Below, piece after piece: positions 42,455-54,237 of a stretch of 64,000 nt of DNA. The translations under genes and the position numbers were made by a program. Under the pieces are notes generated by a model, which was not told the DNA's origin, made no database searches, and was given only the letters and a program-made list of their open reading frames with translations. Within the stretch, counting starts at the first letter, position 1. Each line of letters begins with the position of its first letter. The stretch lies in the NCBI RefSeq assembly GCF_056746865.1, contig NZ_CM163382.1. One strand, written 5' to 3'.

Positions 42455-43354
42455 TTACGCGGAAAAAAAGGCGATGAGGATCGGCACTAACAGACTAAGA
42501 ATAAAACCGTGAACAATCGCCGCCGGGACCATATCCAGCCCGCCAGTACGTTGAAGAACGGGCAGGGTGAAATCCATTGATGTGGCACCGCATAAGCCCA
42601 GTGCGGTAGAGCGGCTGCGGCGAATCAGCCCAGGGATCAACATAATTGCAATCAGCTCACGGGCCAGATCATTAAAAAACGCCGCGCTCCCGATTACCGG
42701 ACCAAAAGATTCAGTCAATAAAATACCGGAAAGAGAATACCAGCCGAAACCAGAGGCCATTGCCAGCGCGGTATTGATGGGAAGATCAAGAATAAAGGCG
42801 TTAATTAAACCACCAGTTAATGAACTGGCAACCACCACCACGGCGACAATCATTCCCCGGCGATTAAGGACAATCTGCTTTAAGGTCATGCCATTATTGC
42901 GCAACTGAATACCGACGAGGAAAAGTAGCAGAATTAAGGTGTATTCACTGGCTTCGGTCGCATGTTGTAAGAAAGCCAGTCCACTCAGGCCAATGGCAAA
43001 ACCAATCACTACTACGCCGCACAGTTTTAGCGACTCCAGCGCCATCGCAATACGCGACGGGAGTTTTTCTTGCTGATGGTGATTGCGCCATGGCAGGCCT
43101 CGCTCCAGCCACATAAGGGCGGCAATATTACACAGTAAAATAACGGTAATACTGACGGCGGAATAATGCAGAATCGCCAACAGGTTACTGGCGAGGTTAT
43201 CGAGAAACGCCAGACTGATACCCATAAAAAAGAGAATAAGGTAAACCATCCAGCTTAATAGCTGATTAATAACTCTTAATGCAGCTTTTTGGCGAAGAGG
43301 AATGAGGTAACCCACAATCAGGGGAACCAGAATGATTAACAGCCCAGAAAACAT
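42455..43354 (-). CDS. ybjE: Inner membrane protein YbjE (299 aa; putative lysine exporter LysO)
   Basis: ORF 42455-43402 with start at MFSGLLIILVPLIVGYLI; multi-TM. Confidence 0.85.
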   Translation of the reverse strand: MFSGLLIILVPLIVGYLIPLRQKAALRVINQLLSWMVYLILFFMGISLAFLDNLASNLLAILHYSAVSITVILLCNIAALMWLERGLPWRNHHQQEKLPSRIAMALESLKLCGVVVIGFAIGLSGLAFLQHATEASEYTLILLLFLVGIQLRNNGMTLKQIVLNRRGMIVAVVVVASSLTGGLINAFILDLPINTALAMASGFGWYSLSGILLTESFGPVIGSAAFFNDLARELIAIMLIPGLIRRSRSTALGLCGATSMDFTLPVLQRTGGLDMVPAAIVHGFILSLLVPILIAFFSA

Positions 43355-43514
43355 GAAAACCCAGTCCTTGCAAAGATGAAGTCGAAATGCGCGATGACAC
43401 ACTACTGAAAGCGGAAGGACGAGTAAAGTTGCAATTAAAAGGAAATGTTATGCATAAGGATCGGTAGGGTATTCATTTTCATTTAAAGATATTCTTGCGC
43501 TTTAATTACAAACC

Positions 43515-43740
43515 GCACCGGTGTTGGTGGCGTCAAAATCGCCGAGGCGTTCCCTGAAGGCCGGGGCAGCCCACATGGATGTGGGCTGAGGGCGCGTTTT
43601 ACAGGGATGTTACCTCGCGCCCGACCCGGTAGCCGCAAGGGATAAGTCGAGGGCACCGCGCAGCGGCGATTTTGTTCGCCAGAGCCCGGGGGTGCAGGGG
43701 GCGGCGGCGATTGGCCGCCCCCTGCGCGCTCCCTGCGCCA
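43515..43740. repeat. GC-rich intergenic element with nested inverted repeats (outer 11-bp arms at 43534-43544 and 43664-43674; inner hairpins at 43567-43588, 43591-43623 and 43694-43725)
   Basis: Local GC far above the flanks; several perfect stems of 7-12 bp; no ORF; not a canonical REP sequence. Confidence 0.45.
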
Positions 43741-43800
43741 GTGACTATATGTGGCTTAACACATCAAGGAGCGCAACAGGAAGATGAATCAATATATTTA

Positions 43801-43832
43801 AAAAAGGCCTGACATTGCGCCAGGCCTTCTGC
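43801..43832 (-). terminator. Rho-independent terminator of aqpZ
   Basis: Minus-strand hairpin AAGGCCTGGCGCAATGTCAGGCCTT followed by TTTTTT. Confidence 0.7.
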
Positions 43833-43837
43833 GTTAA

Positions 43838-44533
43838 TTAATTACGTTTTTCCAGCAGGGTCCGGTAAATCAGACCACCGATAATGCCGCCGACAATTGG
43901 CACCACCCAGAAGAACCACAGTTGTTCTAATGCCCAGCCGCCCTGGAAGATAGCAACCGCGGTGCTGCGCGCCGGGTTAACAGAAGTGTTAGTCACCGGA
44001 ATACTGATTAAGTGAATCAGGGTTAAGGCCAGACCAATAGCGATCGGCGCAAAACCAGCAGGAGCGAATTTGTCGGTTGCGCCGTGGATCACCAGCAGGA
44101 AACCTGCACTCAATACCAGTTCAACTACCAGTGCGGAAAGCATGGAATAACCGCCTGGCGAATGCTCGCCATAACCGTTAGAAGCAAAACCGCTGGCTGC
44201 CGCGTCAAAACCCGTTTTACCACTGGCAATTAAATACAGCAGCGCCGCCGCAACAATACCGCCGACAACCTGGGCAATTACGTAGCCAACGACTTCTTTT
44301 GCCGGGAAACGTCCGCCAGCCCATAAACCAATAGTGACCGCCGGGTTAAAATGACCACCAGAAATATGACCAACTGCAAAGGCCATCGTCAGAACGGTCA
44401 GACCGAATGCCAGCGCCACGCCGGCAAAACCAATGCCTAATTCCGGGAAGCCTGCGGCCAGTACGGCACTACCACAGCCACCAAAAACAAGCCAGAAAGT
44501 ACCAAAACATTCAGCTGCTAATTTTCTGAACAT
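43838..44533 (-). CDS. aqpZ: Aquaporin Z (231 aa)
   Basis: ORF with start at [21 protein letters not shown]; two NPA motifs (HFNPAV, VNPARS). Confidence 0.9.
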   Translation of the reverse strand: MFRKLAAECFGTFWLVFGGCGSAVLAAGFPELGIGFAGVALAFGLTVLTMAFAVGHISGGHFNPAVTIGLWAGGRFPAKEVVGYVIAQVVGGIVAAALLYLIASGKTGFDAAASGFASNGYGEHSPGGYSMLSALVVELVLSAGFLLVIHGATDKFAPAGFAPIAIGLALTLIHLISIPVTNTSVNPARSTAVAIFQGGWALEQLWFFWVVPIVGGIIGGLIYRTLLEKRN

Positions 44534-44958
44534 ATCCACCTCAATTAAAAATTGACCCTGTGAAAAATATGGTCGTTTTATAGGGTCGTCGTAAAAAAGT
44601 GACGACGGAAATAATGCGCGGCTATTTTAAAAACGAAGGCGAGTCATTCACCAGATAAATAAATCCAGTAAATTTGATTTAGGGCAACAGCGGGTTGCCC
44701 CATATAGTCATTTGTCTGATTGACAGTGTAGTGCAAGCAAAAGATTTAATCCTTTAGGCGTAATAAAAAATAATTTATCATGCTAATTATTTGATTTTGT
44801 TGTTTTTGCAGGCTTATCAGCAAGAGGGAGTATAACGCGATTATTCGCTCATTTTTCAGACATTTGCCATGCTTAAATGTGATGTCATCACGTATTAGCA
44901 TGGCCTTTCCCGTTATACTGCCAGCGTAAAGGATAAGTCACATATTTCTGGAGGGGAT

Positions 44959-46617
44959 ATGATTCTTGAGCGCGTTGAAATTGTGGGTTTTCGCGGTATC
45001 AACCGTTTGTCGTTGATGCTGGAACAAAACAACGTCCTGATTGGGGAGAACGCGTGGGGTAAATCCAGCTTGCTGGACGCCTTAACCCTGCTGCTATCGC
45101 CAGAATCAGATCTCTACCATTTTGAGCGCGACGATTTCTGGTTCCCGCCGGGAGATATCAACGGGCGAGAACATCATCTGCATATTATTTTGACCTTCCG
45201 CGAATCGCTGCCAGGCCGACATCGGGTTCGCCGCTATCGGCCGCTGGAAGCGTGCTGGACGCCATGCACTGATGGCTATCACCGTATTTTTTATCGTCTG
45301 GAAGGGGAGAGTGCGGAAGACGGCAGCGTGATGACACTGCGCAGTTTTCTCGATAAAGACGGACATCCGATTGATGTCGAGGATATTAACGACCAGGCAC
45401 GCCATCTGGTGCGTTTAATGCCGGTGCTGCGCTTGCGTGATGCCCGTTTTATGCGCCGTATTCGTAACGGCACGGTGCCAAATGTCCCTAATGTGGAAGT
45501 CACCGCGCGCCAGCTCGATTTCCTCGCCCGTGAGTTATCCTCACATCCGCAAAATCTCTCTGATGGGCAGATTCGTCAGGGACTTTCCGCAATGGTACAG
45601 CTGCTTGAGCATTATTTCTCTGAGCAGGGGGCCGGACAGGCGCGATATCGTTTAATGCGGCGGCGAGCCAGCAATGAGCAACGAAGCTGGCGCTATCTGG
45701 ATATCATCAACCGGATGATTGACCGACCTGGAGGGCGCTCGTATCGGGTTATTTTGCTCGGCCTGTTTGCTACTTTGTTGCAGGCAAAAGGCACATTGCG
45801 ACTGGATAAAGACGCCCGTCCATTGTTGCTGATCGAAGATCCAGAAACCCGTTTACACCCCATTATGCTTTCAGTTGCCTGGCATCTGTTGAATCTTCTG
45901 CCATTGCAGCGCATTGCCACCACCAACTCGGGTGAGTTGCTTTCGTTAACGCCGGTAGAGCATGTTTGCCGACTGGTACGTGAGTCCTCGCGCGTTGCCG
46001 CCTGGCGTCTGGGGCCGAGTGGTTTGAGTACCGAAGATAGCCGACGCATCTCTTTCCACATTCGTTTTAATCGTCCATCATCGCTGTTTGCACGCTGCTG
46101 GCTGCTGGTGGAAGGGGAAACGGAAACCTGGGTTATCAATGAACTGGCGCGTCAGTGCGGACATCATTTTGATGCTGAAGGGATCAAGGTCATTGAGTTT
46201 GCCCAGTCCGGGCTAAAGCCACTGGTTAAATTTGCCCGGCGAATGGGGATTGAATGGCATGTACTGGTCGATGGCGATGAAGCAGGGAAGAAATATGCCG
46301 CTACGGTACGCAGCCTGTTGAATAACGATCGGGAAGCCGAACGAGAACATTTAACGGCGTTACCGGCGCTGGATATGGAACATTTTATGTATCGCCAGGG
46401 ATTTTCCGATGTGTTCCACCGCGTGGCGCAAATCCCGGAAAATGTACCGATGAATCTGCGCAAAATTATCTCGAAAGCGATCCATCGCTCTTCCAAACCC
46501 GATCTTGCCATTGAAGTGGCAATGGAGGCAGGACGTCGTGGTGTGGATTCCGTACCGACGCTGCTGAAAAAAATGTTCTCACGCGTGCTGTGGCTGGCGC
46601 GCGGTCGCGCGGATTAA
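44959..46617 (+). CDS. ybjD: OLD-family ATP-dependent endonuclease YbjD (AAA ATPase plus Toprim, 552 aa)
   Basis: ORF translation MILERVEIVGFRGINRLSLMLEQNNVLIGENAWGKSSLLDAL (Walker A GENAWGKSS). Confidence 0.85.
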   Translation: MILERVEIVGFRGINRLSLMLEQNNVLIGENAWGKSSLLDALTLLLSPESDLYHFERDDFWFPPGDINGREHHLHIILTFRESLPGRHRVRRYRPLEACWTPCTDGYHRIFYRLEGESAEDGSVMTLRSFLDKDGHPIDVEDINDQARHLVRLMPVLRLRDARFMRRIRNGTVPNVPNVEVTARQLDFLARELSSHPQNLSDGQIRQGLSAMVQLLEHYFSEQGAGQARYRLMRRRASNEQRSWRYLDIINRMIDRPGGRSYRVILLGLFATLLQAKGTLRLDKDARPLLLIEDPETRLHPIMLSVAWHLLNLLPLQRIATTNSGELLSLTPVEHVCRLVRESSRVAAWRLGPSGLSTEDSRRISFHIRFNRPSSLFARCWLLVEGETETWVINELARQCGHHFDAEGIKVIEFAQSGLKPLVKFARRMGIEWHVLVDGDEAGKKYAATVRSLLNNDREAEREHLTALPALDMEHFMYRQGFSDVFHRVAQIPENVPMNLRKIISKAIHRSSKPDLAIEVAMEAGRRGVDSVPTLLKKMFSRVLWLARGRAD

Positions 46618-47606
46618 CCGCGAAACATCGTGGCCATTTGTGGCTGAATAGCGTCGAGCATCTCATAGCGCCGACGGTATTCAGCCCGTTTTTTACTGGC
46701 GATTTCGGCAATCTCTTTTCGTGCTATCTGTGCTGGAAGGCGGTAATGGCGTTCAGCATCACATACGCCGCCAACCGACTCCCAGAACGCGTTGTAATCA
46801 GCATGGATCTTGCCTTCTTTATCGCGATAACGCAGGCTGCGGTAAATATGTGTTTCATTGCTGACGGCAATGATCTGCTCTACCTGCAAACGTTGGGCAA
46901 ACAGACAGGCCGCTTCCATCACAAGGCGTTTGGGAAATAGCCCGTGGCAGGCTTTCGTCGCATTCTGGATTTCCTGATGTGGAATTTCCCATTTTGCGCC
47001 TTGCAGTCCGCCAATAAACATTGTTCTTTTCCCCTGATATTCACACAGGGTAAACGTGATCTCTGCCAGAGGAATACCTTCGCTGTTGCGGAACAGGATT
47101 GTACTGTCACCTTCTTTATCCATTGAGATCATCATGGTCAGCTCAAGTGTGAACTGCTCGCCGTTTTTGCCTTCCAGCTTCGCCAGTTGCAGCCCGGGGG
47201 TATTCAAATATAAGCTGAATTCTTCCGCCGACATACACCCGCGGAGTAACGCATAATGGTAACGTAACGCCTCCAGCAATTGCTTACGGCTAAGATTCGC
47301 CGCAAGGTAAGGGCGATGCAGACGCACAGGCAGTCGCGGCTGGCGCGTTAACAACACATTGAGATTAGGCCAGTGGGAAAGTTCGTTCATCCACTCAACG
47401 CTTAAACGCGGCATAATCAACGAGCGCAGCAAAAATTTCTGGCGAAAACTACGGCGATGCCAGAATTTACCCGGCCGACACTGTCCACGTGCCAGACTAA
47501 GAAAAAGTGACAGGCTGCTGAGAGATTCAGATGGCGTAAAGGTCCGTTCAGTTAGCTGCGACATATTCATGAAATCAATGGTTATACATGACGTCGATTT
47601 CACCAT
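46614..47606 (-). CDS. ybjX: VirK/DUF535-family protein YbjX (330 aa)
   Basis: ORF translation; position between ybjD and macA. Confidence 0.8.
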   Translation of the reverse strand: MVKSTSCITIDFMNMSQLTERTFTPSESLSSLSLFLSLARGQCRPGKFWHRRSFRQKFLLRSLIMPRLSVEWMNELSHWPNLNVLLTRQPRLPVRLHRPYLAANLSRKQLLEALRYHYALLRGCMSAEEFSLYLNTPGLQLAKLEGKNGEQFTLELTMMISMDKEGDSTILFRNSEGIPLAEITFTLCEYQGKRTMFIGGLQGAKWEIPHQEIQNATKACHGLFPKRLVMEAACLFAQRLQVEQIIAVSNETHIYRSLRYRDKEGKIHADYNAFWESVGGVCDAERHYRLPAQIARKEIAEIASKKRAEYRRRYEMLDAIQPQMATMFRG

Positions 47607-47720
47607 TGCGTATCTTAACCAAACATCAATAGTGTGATTACTAACGTAAATTTTAGGGTTTTGTTGATATTTCGTTGAAGTTAATGACCCGGATTGGCAT
47701 ATGGAGTATTCAGAATATTT

Positions 47721-48836
47721 ATGAAAAAGCGGAAAACCGTGAAGAAGCGTTACGTTATTGCGCTGGTGATAGTCATTGCCGGGCTGATTACGTTATGGAG
47801 AATTCTTAACGCACCCGTGCCGACTTATCAGACGCTGATTGTGCGCCCCGGTGATTTACAGCAAAGCGTGCTGGCGACCGGAAAGCTGGACGCGCTGCGT
47901 AAGGTTGATGTGGGCGCGCAGGTCAGCGGTCAGTTGAAAACGCTGTCGGTGGCGATTGGCGATAAAGTAAAAAAAGACCAGCTTTTAGGGGTTATTGATC
48001 CTGAACAGGCTGAAAACCAGATTAAGGAGGTGGAAGCAACGCTGATGGAGCTACGCGCGCAGCGGCAGCAGGCGGAAGCGGAGCTGAAACTGGCGCGGGT
48101 GACGTATTCCCGTCAGCAACGTCTTGCACAAACGCAAGCGGTTTCACAGCAGGATCTCGATACCGCCGCGACGGAGATGGCTGTGAAACAGGCGCAAATT
48201 GGCACCATTGACGCGCAAATCAAGCGCAATCAGGCCTCACTCGCTACGGCTAAAACCAATCTCGATTACACCCGCATCGTTGCTCCGATGGCCGGGGAAG
48301 TCACGCAAATCACCACTCTGCAAGGCCAGACGGTGATTGCCGCACAACAAGCACCGAACATTCTGACGCTGGCAGATATGAGCACCATGCTGGTAAAAGC
48401 GCAGGTTTCTGAAGCGGATGTAATCCACCTGAAGCCGGGGCAAAAAGCCTGGTTTACGGTACTTGGCGATCCACTGACGCGCTACGAGGGGCAAATCAAG
48501 GATGTACTACCGACGCCGGAAAAGGTTAACGACGCTATTTTCTATTACGCCCGTTTTGAAGTCCCCAACCCCAATGGTTTGCTGCGGCTGGATATGACCG
48601 CGCAAGTGCATATTCAGCTCACCGATGTGAAAAATGTGCTGACGATCCCTCTGTCGGCGTTAGGCGATCCGGTTGGCGATAATCGTTATAAAGTCAAATT
48701 GTTGCGTAATGGTGAAACACGCGAACGTGAAGTGACGATTGGCGCACGTAACGATACCGATGTTGAGATTGTCAAAGGGCTGGACGCGGGCGATGAAGTG
48801 GTGATTGGTGAGGCCAAACCAGGAGCTGCACAATGA
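47721..48836 (+). CDS. macA: Macrolide efflux membrane fusion protein MacA (371 aa)
   Basis: ORF 47694-48836 with start at [22 protein letters not shown]. Confidence 0.9.
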   Translation: MKKRKTVKKRYVIALVIVIAGLITLWRILNAPVPTYQTLIVRPGDLQQSVLATGKLDALRKVDVGAQVSGQLKTLSVAIGDKVKKDQLLGVIDPEQAENQIKEVEATLMELRAQRQQAEAELKLARVTYSRQQRLAQTQAVSQQDLDTAATEMAVKQAQIGTIDAQIKRNQASLATAKTNLDYTRIVAPMAGEVTQITTLQGQTVIAAQQAPNILTLADMSTMLVKAQVSEADVIHLKPGQKAWFTVLGDPLTRYEGQIKDVLPTPEKVNDAIFYYARFEVPNPNGLLRLDMTAQVHIQLTDVKNVLTIPLSALGDPVGDNRYKVKLLRNGETREREVTIGARNDTDVEIVKGLDAGDEVVIGEAKPGAAQ

Positions 48837-50779
48837 CGCCTTTGCTCGAATTAAAGGATATTCGTCGCAGCTATCCTGCCGGTGATGAGCAGGTTGAGGT
48901 GCTGAAGGGCATCACCCTCGATATTTATGCTGGTGAGATGGTGGCGATTGTCGGCGCTTCGGGTTCCGGTAAATCGACCCTGATGAATATTCTCGGCTGC
49001 CTGGATAAGGCCACCAGCGGCACCTATCGCGTAGCCGGTCAGGATGTTGCCACGCTGGACGCCGATGCGCTGGCGCAACTGCGTCGCGAACACTTCGGCT
49101 TTATTTTCCAGCGTTACCATTTGCTTTCGCATTTAACCGCCGAGCAGAACGTTGAAGTACCCGCCGTCTATGCCGGTCTTGAGCGGAAACAGCGGCTGCT
49201 TCGCGCCCAGGAGTTGCTGCAACGACTGGGGCTGGAAGACCGTACAGAGTATTATCCGGCACAGCTTTCGGGTGGTCAGCAACAGCGCGTCAGCATCGCG
49301 CGGGCATTGATGAACGGCGGTCAGGTAATTCTTGCCGATGAACCAACCGGCGCACTGGACAGCCATTCTGGCGAAGAGGTGATGGCGATCCTGCATCAGC
49401 TGCGTGATCGCGGGCATACGGTGATTATCGTTACCCACGATCCGCAGGTCGCTGCTCAGGCCGAGCGGGTGATCGAAATTCGCGACGGCGAAATTGTGCG
49501 CAATCCTCCCGCCGTTGAAAAAGTGAATGTTGCTGGCGGGACGGAACCTGTTGTCAACACGGCCTCTGGCTGGCGGCAGTTTGTCAGTGGTTTTAACGAG
49601 GCGCTGACGATGGCATGGAGGGCGCTGGCAGCGAATAAAATGCGTACTTTACTGACCATGCTGGGGATTATTATCGGTATTGCGTCGGTGGTTTCAATTG
49701 TCGTGGTGGGCGACGCCGCCAAACAAATGGTGCTGGCGGATATTCGTTCTATTGGTACGAATACTATTGATGTCTATCCCGGGAAAGATTTTGGCGATGA
49801 CGATCCGCAATATCAGCAGGCGCTGAAGTACGATGACTTAATCGCCATCCAAAAACAACCGTGGGTCGCCTCAGCCACACCTGCCGTCTCGCAAAACCTG
49901 CGCCTGCGTTATAACAATGTTGATGTTGCTGCCAGTGCCAATGGCGTGAGCGGCGATTATTTTAATGTCTATGGCATGACCTTCAGTGAAGGGAACACCT
50001 TTAATCAGGAGCAGCTGAACGGTCGTGCGCAGGTGGTGGTGCTCGACAGTAATACTCGCCGCCAGCTTTTCCCCCATAAAGCAGATGTGGTTGGCGAGGT
50101 GATTCTGGTCGGCAATATGCCCGCCAGAGTCATTGGTGTGGCGGAAGAAAAACAGTCGATGTTTGGTAGCAGTAAAGTGCTGCGTGTCTGGCTACCTTAC
50201 AGCACGATGTCCGGGCGAGTTATGGGCCAGTCGTGGCTGAACTCCATTACTGTCAGGGTGAAAGAAGGATTTGACAGCGCCGAGGCGGAACAGCAACTCA
50301 CGCGTTTACTTTCACTGCGCCACGGTAAGAAGGATTTCTTTACCTGGAACATGGACGGCGTCTTGAAAACCGTTGAAAAGACCACACGTACTTTACAACT
50401 GTTTCTTACGCTGGTGGCGGTGATTTCGCTGGTGGTGGGCGGTATTGGTGTAATGAATATTATGCTGGTGTCAGTGACCGAGCGGACGCGGGAAATTGGC
50501 ATTCGCATGGCTGTAGGTGCGCGAGCAAGCGATGTTTTGCAACAGTTCCTGATCGAAGCCGTGCTGGTTTGCCTGGTCGGTGGCGCGTTGGGAATAACAC
50601 TGTCACTGTTAATTGCTTTCACCTTGCAGCTTTTCTTACCCGGCTGGGAGATTGGTTTTTCACCTTTGGCGCTGCTGCTGGCGTTTCTCTGCTCGACGGT
50701 CACCGGGATTTTATTTGGCTGGTTACCCGCACGAAATGCGGCACGACTGGATCCAGTAGATGCTCTGGCACGAGAGTAA
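48833..50779 (+). CDS. macB: Macrolide efflux ABC transporter MacB (ATPase-permease fusion, 648 aa)
   Basis: Walker [10 protein letters not shown], signature LSGGQQQR, C-terminal FtsX-like permease. Confidence 0.9.
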   Translation: MTPLLELKDIRRSYPAGDEQVEVLKGITLDIYAGEMVAIVGASGSGKSTLMNILGCLDKATSGTYRVAGQDVATLDADALAQLRREHFGFIFQRYHLLSHLTAEQNVEVPAVYAGLERKQRLLRAQELLQRLGLEDRTEYYPAQLSGGQQQRVSIARALMNGGQVILADEPTGALDSHSGEEVMAILHQLRDRGHTVIIVTHDPQVAAQAERVIEIRDGEIVRNPPAVEKVNVAGGTEPVVNTASGWRQFVSGFNEALTMAWRALAANKMRTLLTMLGIIIGIASVVSIVVVGDAAKQMVLADIRSIGTNTIDVYPGKDFGDDDPQYQQALKYDDLIAIQKQPWVASATPAVSQNLRLRYNNVDVAASANGVSGDYFNVYGMTFSEGNTFNQEQLNGRAQVVVLDSNTRRQLFPHKADVVGEVILVGNMPARVIGVAEEKQSMFGSSKVLRVWLPYSTMSGRVMGQSWLNSITVRVKEGFDSAEAEQQLTRLLSLRHGKKDFFTWNMDGVLKTVEKTTRTLQLFLTLVAVISLVVGGIGVMNIMLVSVTERTREIGIRMAVGARASDVLQQFLIEAVLVCLVGGALGITLSLLIAFTLQLFLPGWEIGFSPLALLLAFLCSTVTGILFGWLPARNAARLDPVDALARE

Positions 50780-50789
50780 TTTTGAGATA

Positions 50790-50822
50790 AAAATGCCAGC
50801 CGATCGGGCTGGCATTTTGCCT
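50790..50822. terminator. Bidirectional terminator between macB and cspD
   Basis: AAATGCCAGCC GATCG GGCTGGCATTT perfect inverted repeat flanked by T/A runs. Confidence 0.65.
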
Positions 50823-50850
50823 TTAGGATGTACACAATGAGACAGAAGAG

Positions 50851-51075
50851 CTATGCGACTGCCGCTTCTACTTCGACGGGCACAATAACACTGGCGTGAT
50901 TGCCTTTTGGCCCCTGGTGGACATCAAACTGAACGGATTGTCCAGCTTTTAGCGTTCTGTAACCATCCATCTGAATGGTGGAATAATGAGCGAAAATATC
51001 TTCGCCGCCGCCTTCAGGGCAGATGAAACCAAACCCTTTGGCATTGTTGAACCACTTAACAGTACCCTTTTCCAT
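50851..51075 (-). CDS. cspD: Cold-shock-domain protein CspD (74 aa)
   Basis: ORF with start at MEKGTVKWFNNAKGFGFI (RNP1 motif). Confidence 0.9.
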   Translation of the reverse strand: MEKGTVKWFNNAKGFGFICPEGGGEDIFAHYSTIQMDGYRTLKAGQSVQFDVHQGPKGNHASVIVPVEVEAAVA

Positions 51076-51397
51076 GCTTCGACATCCTTCGCAAATCTTA
51101 TACAAGTAAGATGGAATAAACCGGGGTCAGAGAGGGGGCTGTTCAAAACCTCGCCAACTCTAGAAATACAATTTAGAGAATTAGGGCGAGCCGTCAAGCA
51201 TTTGACAGGGGCCAGGGGGCAGGTATGAATCAAAAATTTGAAGCAGTTAACGCTATTGACAGGAATGTGACAGATGTCGCTGATGCCAACGATAGATGAT
51301 AGTTATCTATCATGTGGAGTAGATTGGTCAGGCAAATAAGCTCTTGTCAGCGGCAGGGCGTTCTGCCGATAACCGTAACCGAAGATGATAACTGACA

Positions 51398-51718
51398 ATG
51401 GGTAAAACGAACGACTGGCTGGACTTTGATCAACTGGCGGAAGAAAAAGTTCGCGACGCGCTAAAACCGCCATCTATGTATAAAGTGATATTAGTCAATG
51501 ATGATTACACTCCGATGGAGTTTGTTATTGACGTGTTACAAAAATTCTTTTCTTATGATGTAGAACGTGCAACGCAATTGATGCTCGCTGTTCACTACCA
51601 GGGGAAGGCCATTTGCGGAGTCTTTACCGCCGAGGTTGCAGAAACCAAAGTGGCGATGGTGAACAAGTACGCGAGGGAGAATGAGCATCCATTGCTGTGT
51701 ACGCTAGAAAAAGCCTGA
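51398..51718 (+). CDS. clpS: ClpA adaptor ClpS (106 aa)
   Basis: ORF translation [43 protein letters not shown]. Confidence 0.9.
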
Positions 51719-51748
51719 ATGCAGGCATAAAAATTGGGGGAGGTGCCT

Positions 51749-54025
51749 ATGCTCAATCAAGAACTGGAACTCAGTTTAAATATGGCTTTCGCCAGAGCGC
51801 GCGAGCACCGTCATGAGTTTATGACCGTCGAGCACTTGTTACTGGCGCTGCTCAGTAACCCATCTGCCCGGGAGGCGCTGGAAGCGTGTTCTGTGGATTT
51901 GGTTGCGCTCCGTCAGGAACTGGAAGCCTTTATTGAACAAACCACACCCGTTCTGCCTGCCAGTGAAGAGGAGCGCGACACACAGCCGACGCTGAGTTTT
52001 CAGCGTGTACTGCAACGTGCGGTCTTCCATGTCCAGTCCTCCGGTCGCAATGAGGTTACCGGTGCAAACGTTCTGGTCGCTATTTTTAGCGAACAGGAGT
52101 CGCAGGCGGCATATCTGTTGCGTAAACATGAAGTCAGCCGTCTCGATGTGGTGAACTTTATCTCTCATGGCACGCGTAAAGACGAGCCGACACAGTCTTC
52201 TGATCCTGGCAGCCAGCCAAACAGCGAAGAACAAGCTGGTGGGGAGGAACGTATGGAGAATTTCACGACGAACCTGAATCAGCTTGCGCGCGTGGGAGGA
52301 ATCGACCCACTGATTGGTCGTGAGAAGGAGCTGGAGCGTGCTATTCAGGTTCTCTGCCGTCGCCGTAAAAACAACCCGCTGCTGGTGGGGGAATCTGGTG
52401 TCGGTAAAACCGCGATTGCGGAAGGTCTTGCCTGGCGAATTGTTCAGGGCGATGTGCCGGAAGTGATGGCTGACTGTACGATTTACTCTCTCGATATCGG
52501 TTCTCTGTTAGCGGGCACAAAATATCGCGGCGACTTTGAAAAACGTTTTAAAGCGTTGCTCAAGCAGCTGGAGCAGGATACTAACAGCATCCTGTTTATT
52601 GATGAGATCCACACCATTATCGGTGCGGGTGCAGCCTCTGGTGGCCAGGTCGATGCGGCTAACCTGATCAAACCGCTGCTCTCCAGCGGTAAAATTCGCG
52701 TAATTGGTTCGACAACCTATCAGGAGTTCAGCAACATTTTCGAGAAAGACCGTGCTCTGGCGCGTCGCTTCCAGAAAATTGATATTACTGAACCGTCGAT
52801 CGAAGAAACTGTTCAAATCATCAATGGCCTGAAACCGAAGTATGAAGCGCACCACGACGTGCGTTATACCGCAAAAGCGGTGCGTGCAGCGGTAGAGCTG
52901 GCGGTGAAATACATTAACGATCGTCATCTGCCGGATAAAGCCATTGACGTTATCGACGAAGCGGGCGCTCGCGCACGCCTGATGCCGGTAAGCAAACGCA
53001 AGAAAACCGTTAATGTGGCGGATATTGAGTCCGTGGTGGCCCGTATTGCGCGCATTCCAGAGAAGAGTGTTTCGCAGAGTGACCGCGATACCCTGAAAAA
53101 CCTCGGCGATCGCCTGAAAATGCTGGTCTTCGGTCAGGATAAAGCCATTGAGGCGCTGACTGAAGCCATTAAGATGGCGCGTGCAGGTTTAGGTCACGAA
53201 CATAAACCGGTCGGTTCGTTCCTGTTTGCAGGCCCTACCGGGGTCGGGAAAACAGAGGTGACGGTACAGCTTTCGAAAGCTTTGGGCATTGAGCTTCTGC
53301 GCTTTGATATGTCCGAGTATATGGAACGCCATACCGTCAGCCGTCTGATTGGTGCGCCTCCGGGATACGTTGGTTTTGATCAGGGCGGTTTGCTGACTGA
53401 TGCGGTCATCAAGCATCCACATGCGGTGCTGCTGCTGGACGAAATCGAGAAAGCGCACCCGGACGTGTTCAATATTCTGTTGCAGGTGATGGACAACGGT
53501 ACGCTGACCGATAACAACGGACGCAAAGCGGACTTCCGTAACGTGGTATTGGTGATGACCACCAACGCTGGGGTACGAGAAACTGAGCGTAAATCGATTG
53601 GTCTTATCCACCAGGACAACAGTACCGATGCGATGGAAGAGATCAAGAAGATCTTTACGCCGGAGTTTCGTAACCGTCTCGACAACATTATCTGGTTCGA
53701 TCATCTCTCCACCGACGTGATCCATCAGGTAGTGGATAAATTCATCGTCGAGTTGCAGGTTCAGTTGGATCAGAAAGGTGTTTCTCTGGAAGTGAGCCAG
53801 GAAGCGCGTAACTGGCTGGCCGAGAAAGGTTACGACCGGGCAATGGGCGCACGTCCGATGGCGCGTGTCATCCAGGACAACCTGAAAAAACCGCTCGCCA
53901 ACGAACTGTTGTTTGGTTCGCTGGTGGACGGCGGTCAGGTGACGGTTGCGCTGGATAAAGAGAAAAATGAGCTGACTTATGGATTCCAGAGTGCACAAAA
54001 GCACAAGGCGGAAGCAGCGCATTAA
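51749..54025 (+). CDS. clpA: ATP-dependent Clp protease chaperone subunit ClpA (758 aa)
   Basis: ORF 51734-54025 with start at [11 protein letters not shown]; two AAA modules ([16 protein letters not shown]). Confidence 0.9.
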   Translation: MLNQELELSLNMAFARAREHRHEFMTVEHLLLALLSNPSAREALEACSVDLVALRQELEAFIEQTTPVLPASEEERDTQPTLSFQRVLQRAVFHVQSSGRNEVTGANVLVAIFSEQESQAAYLLRKHEVSRLDVVNFISHGTRKDEPTQSSDPGSQPNSEEQAGGEERMENFTTNLNQLARVGGIDPLIGREKELERAIQVLCRRRKNNPLLVGESGVGKTAIAEGLAWRIVQGDVPEVMADCTIYSLDIGSLLAGTKYRGDFEKRFKALLKQLEQDTNSILFIDEIHTIIGAGAASGGQVDAANLIKPLLSSGKIRVIGSTTYQEFSNIFEKDRALARRFQKIDITEPSIEETVQIINGLKPKYEAHHDVRYTAKAVRAAVELAVKYINDRHLPDKAIDVIDEAGARARLMPVSKRKKTVNVADIESVVARIARIPEKSVSQSDRDTLKNLGDRLKMLVFGQDKAIEALTEAIKMARAGLGHEHKPVGSFLFAGPTGVGKTEVTVQLSKALGIELLRFDMSEYMERHTVSRLIGAPPGYVGFDQGGLLTDAVIKHPHAVLLLDEIEKAHPDVFNILLQVMDNGTLTDNNGRKADFRNVVLVMTTNAGVRETERKSIGLIHQDNSTDAMEEIKKIFTPEFRNRLDNIIWFDHLSTDVIHQVVDKFIVELQVQLDQKGVSLEVSQEARNWLAEKGYDRAMGARPMARVIQDNLKKPLANELLFGSLVDGGQVTVALDKEKNELTYGFQSAQKHKAEAAH

Positions 54026-54048
54026 TCTGATTGTCAGGTAGGTTGGTG

Positions 54049-54088
54049 AAGTCCGTAATCTCGAAAGAGGTTACGGACTTTTTGTTTG
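54049..54088 (+). terminator. Rho-independent terminator of clpA
   Basis: AAGTCCGTAA...TTACGGACTT stem followed by TTTTGTTTG. Confidence 0.7.
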
Positions 54089-54237
54089 TAGGCTGGGGCG
54101 GTGAAAACCCTATTTTTGGAGGTGAAGGTAAGTTGTTGATAATTAATGGTGCTGGAAGGTAAGAATAAAAAAGGGTGCCAGCAGGAAAATGAGATGATTT
54201 TGCTTTATTAACAACGAGCTAAACGTGTAGTATTTGA

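Noticed and set aside
43515-43740. Possibility that the GC-rich ybjE–aqpZ element encodes a protein
   Set aside because: No ORF of 60 aa or more on either strand; the stem-loop organisation points to RNA or DNA structure instead.
54026-54237. cas genes or cas pseudogenes adjacent to the CRISPR array
   Set aside because: The array is bounded by the clpA terminator and leader on one side and the serW repeats on the other; no ORF with Cas-like features exists in the window.
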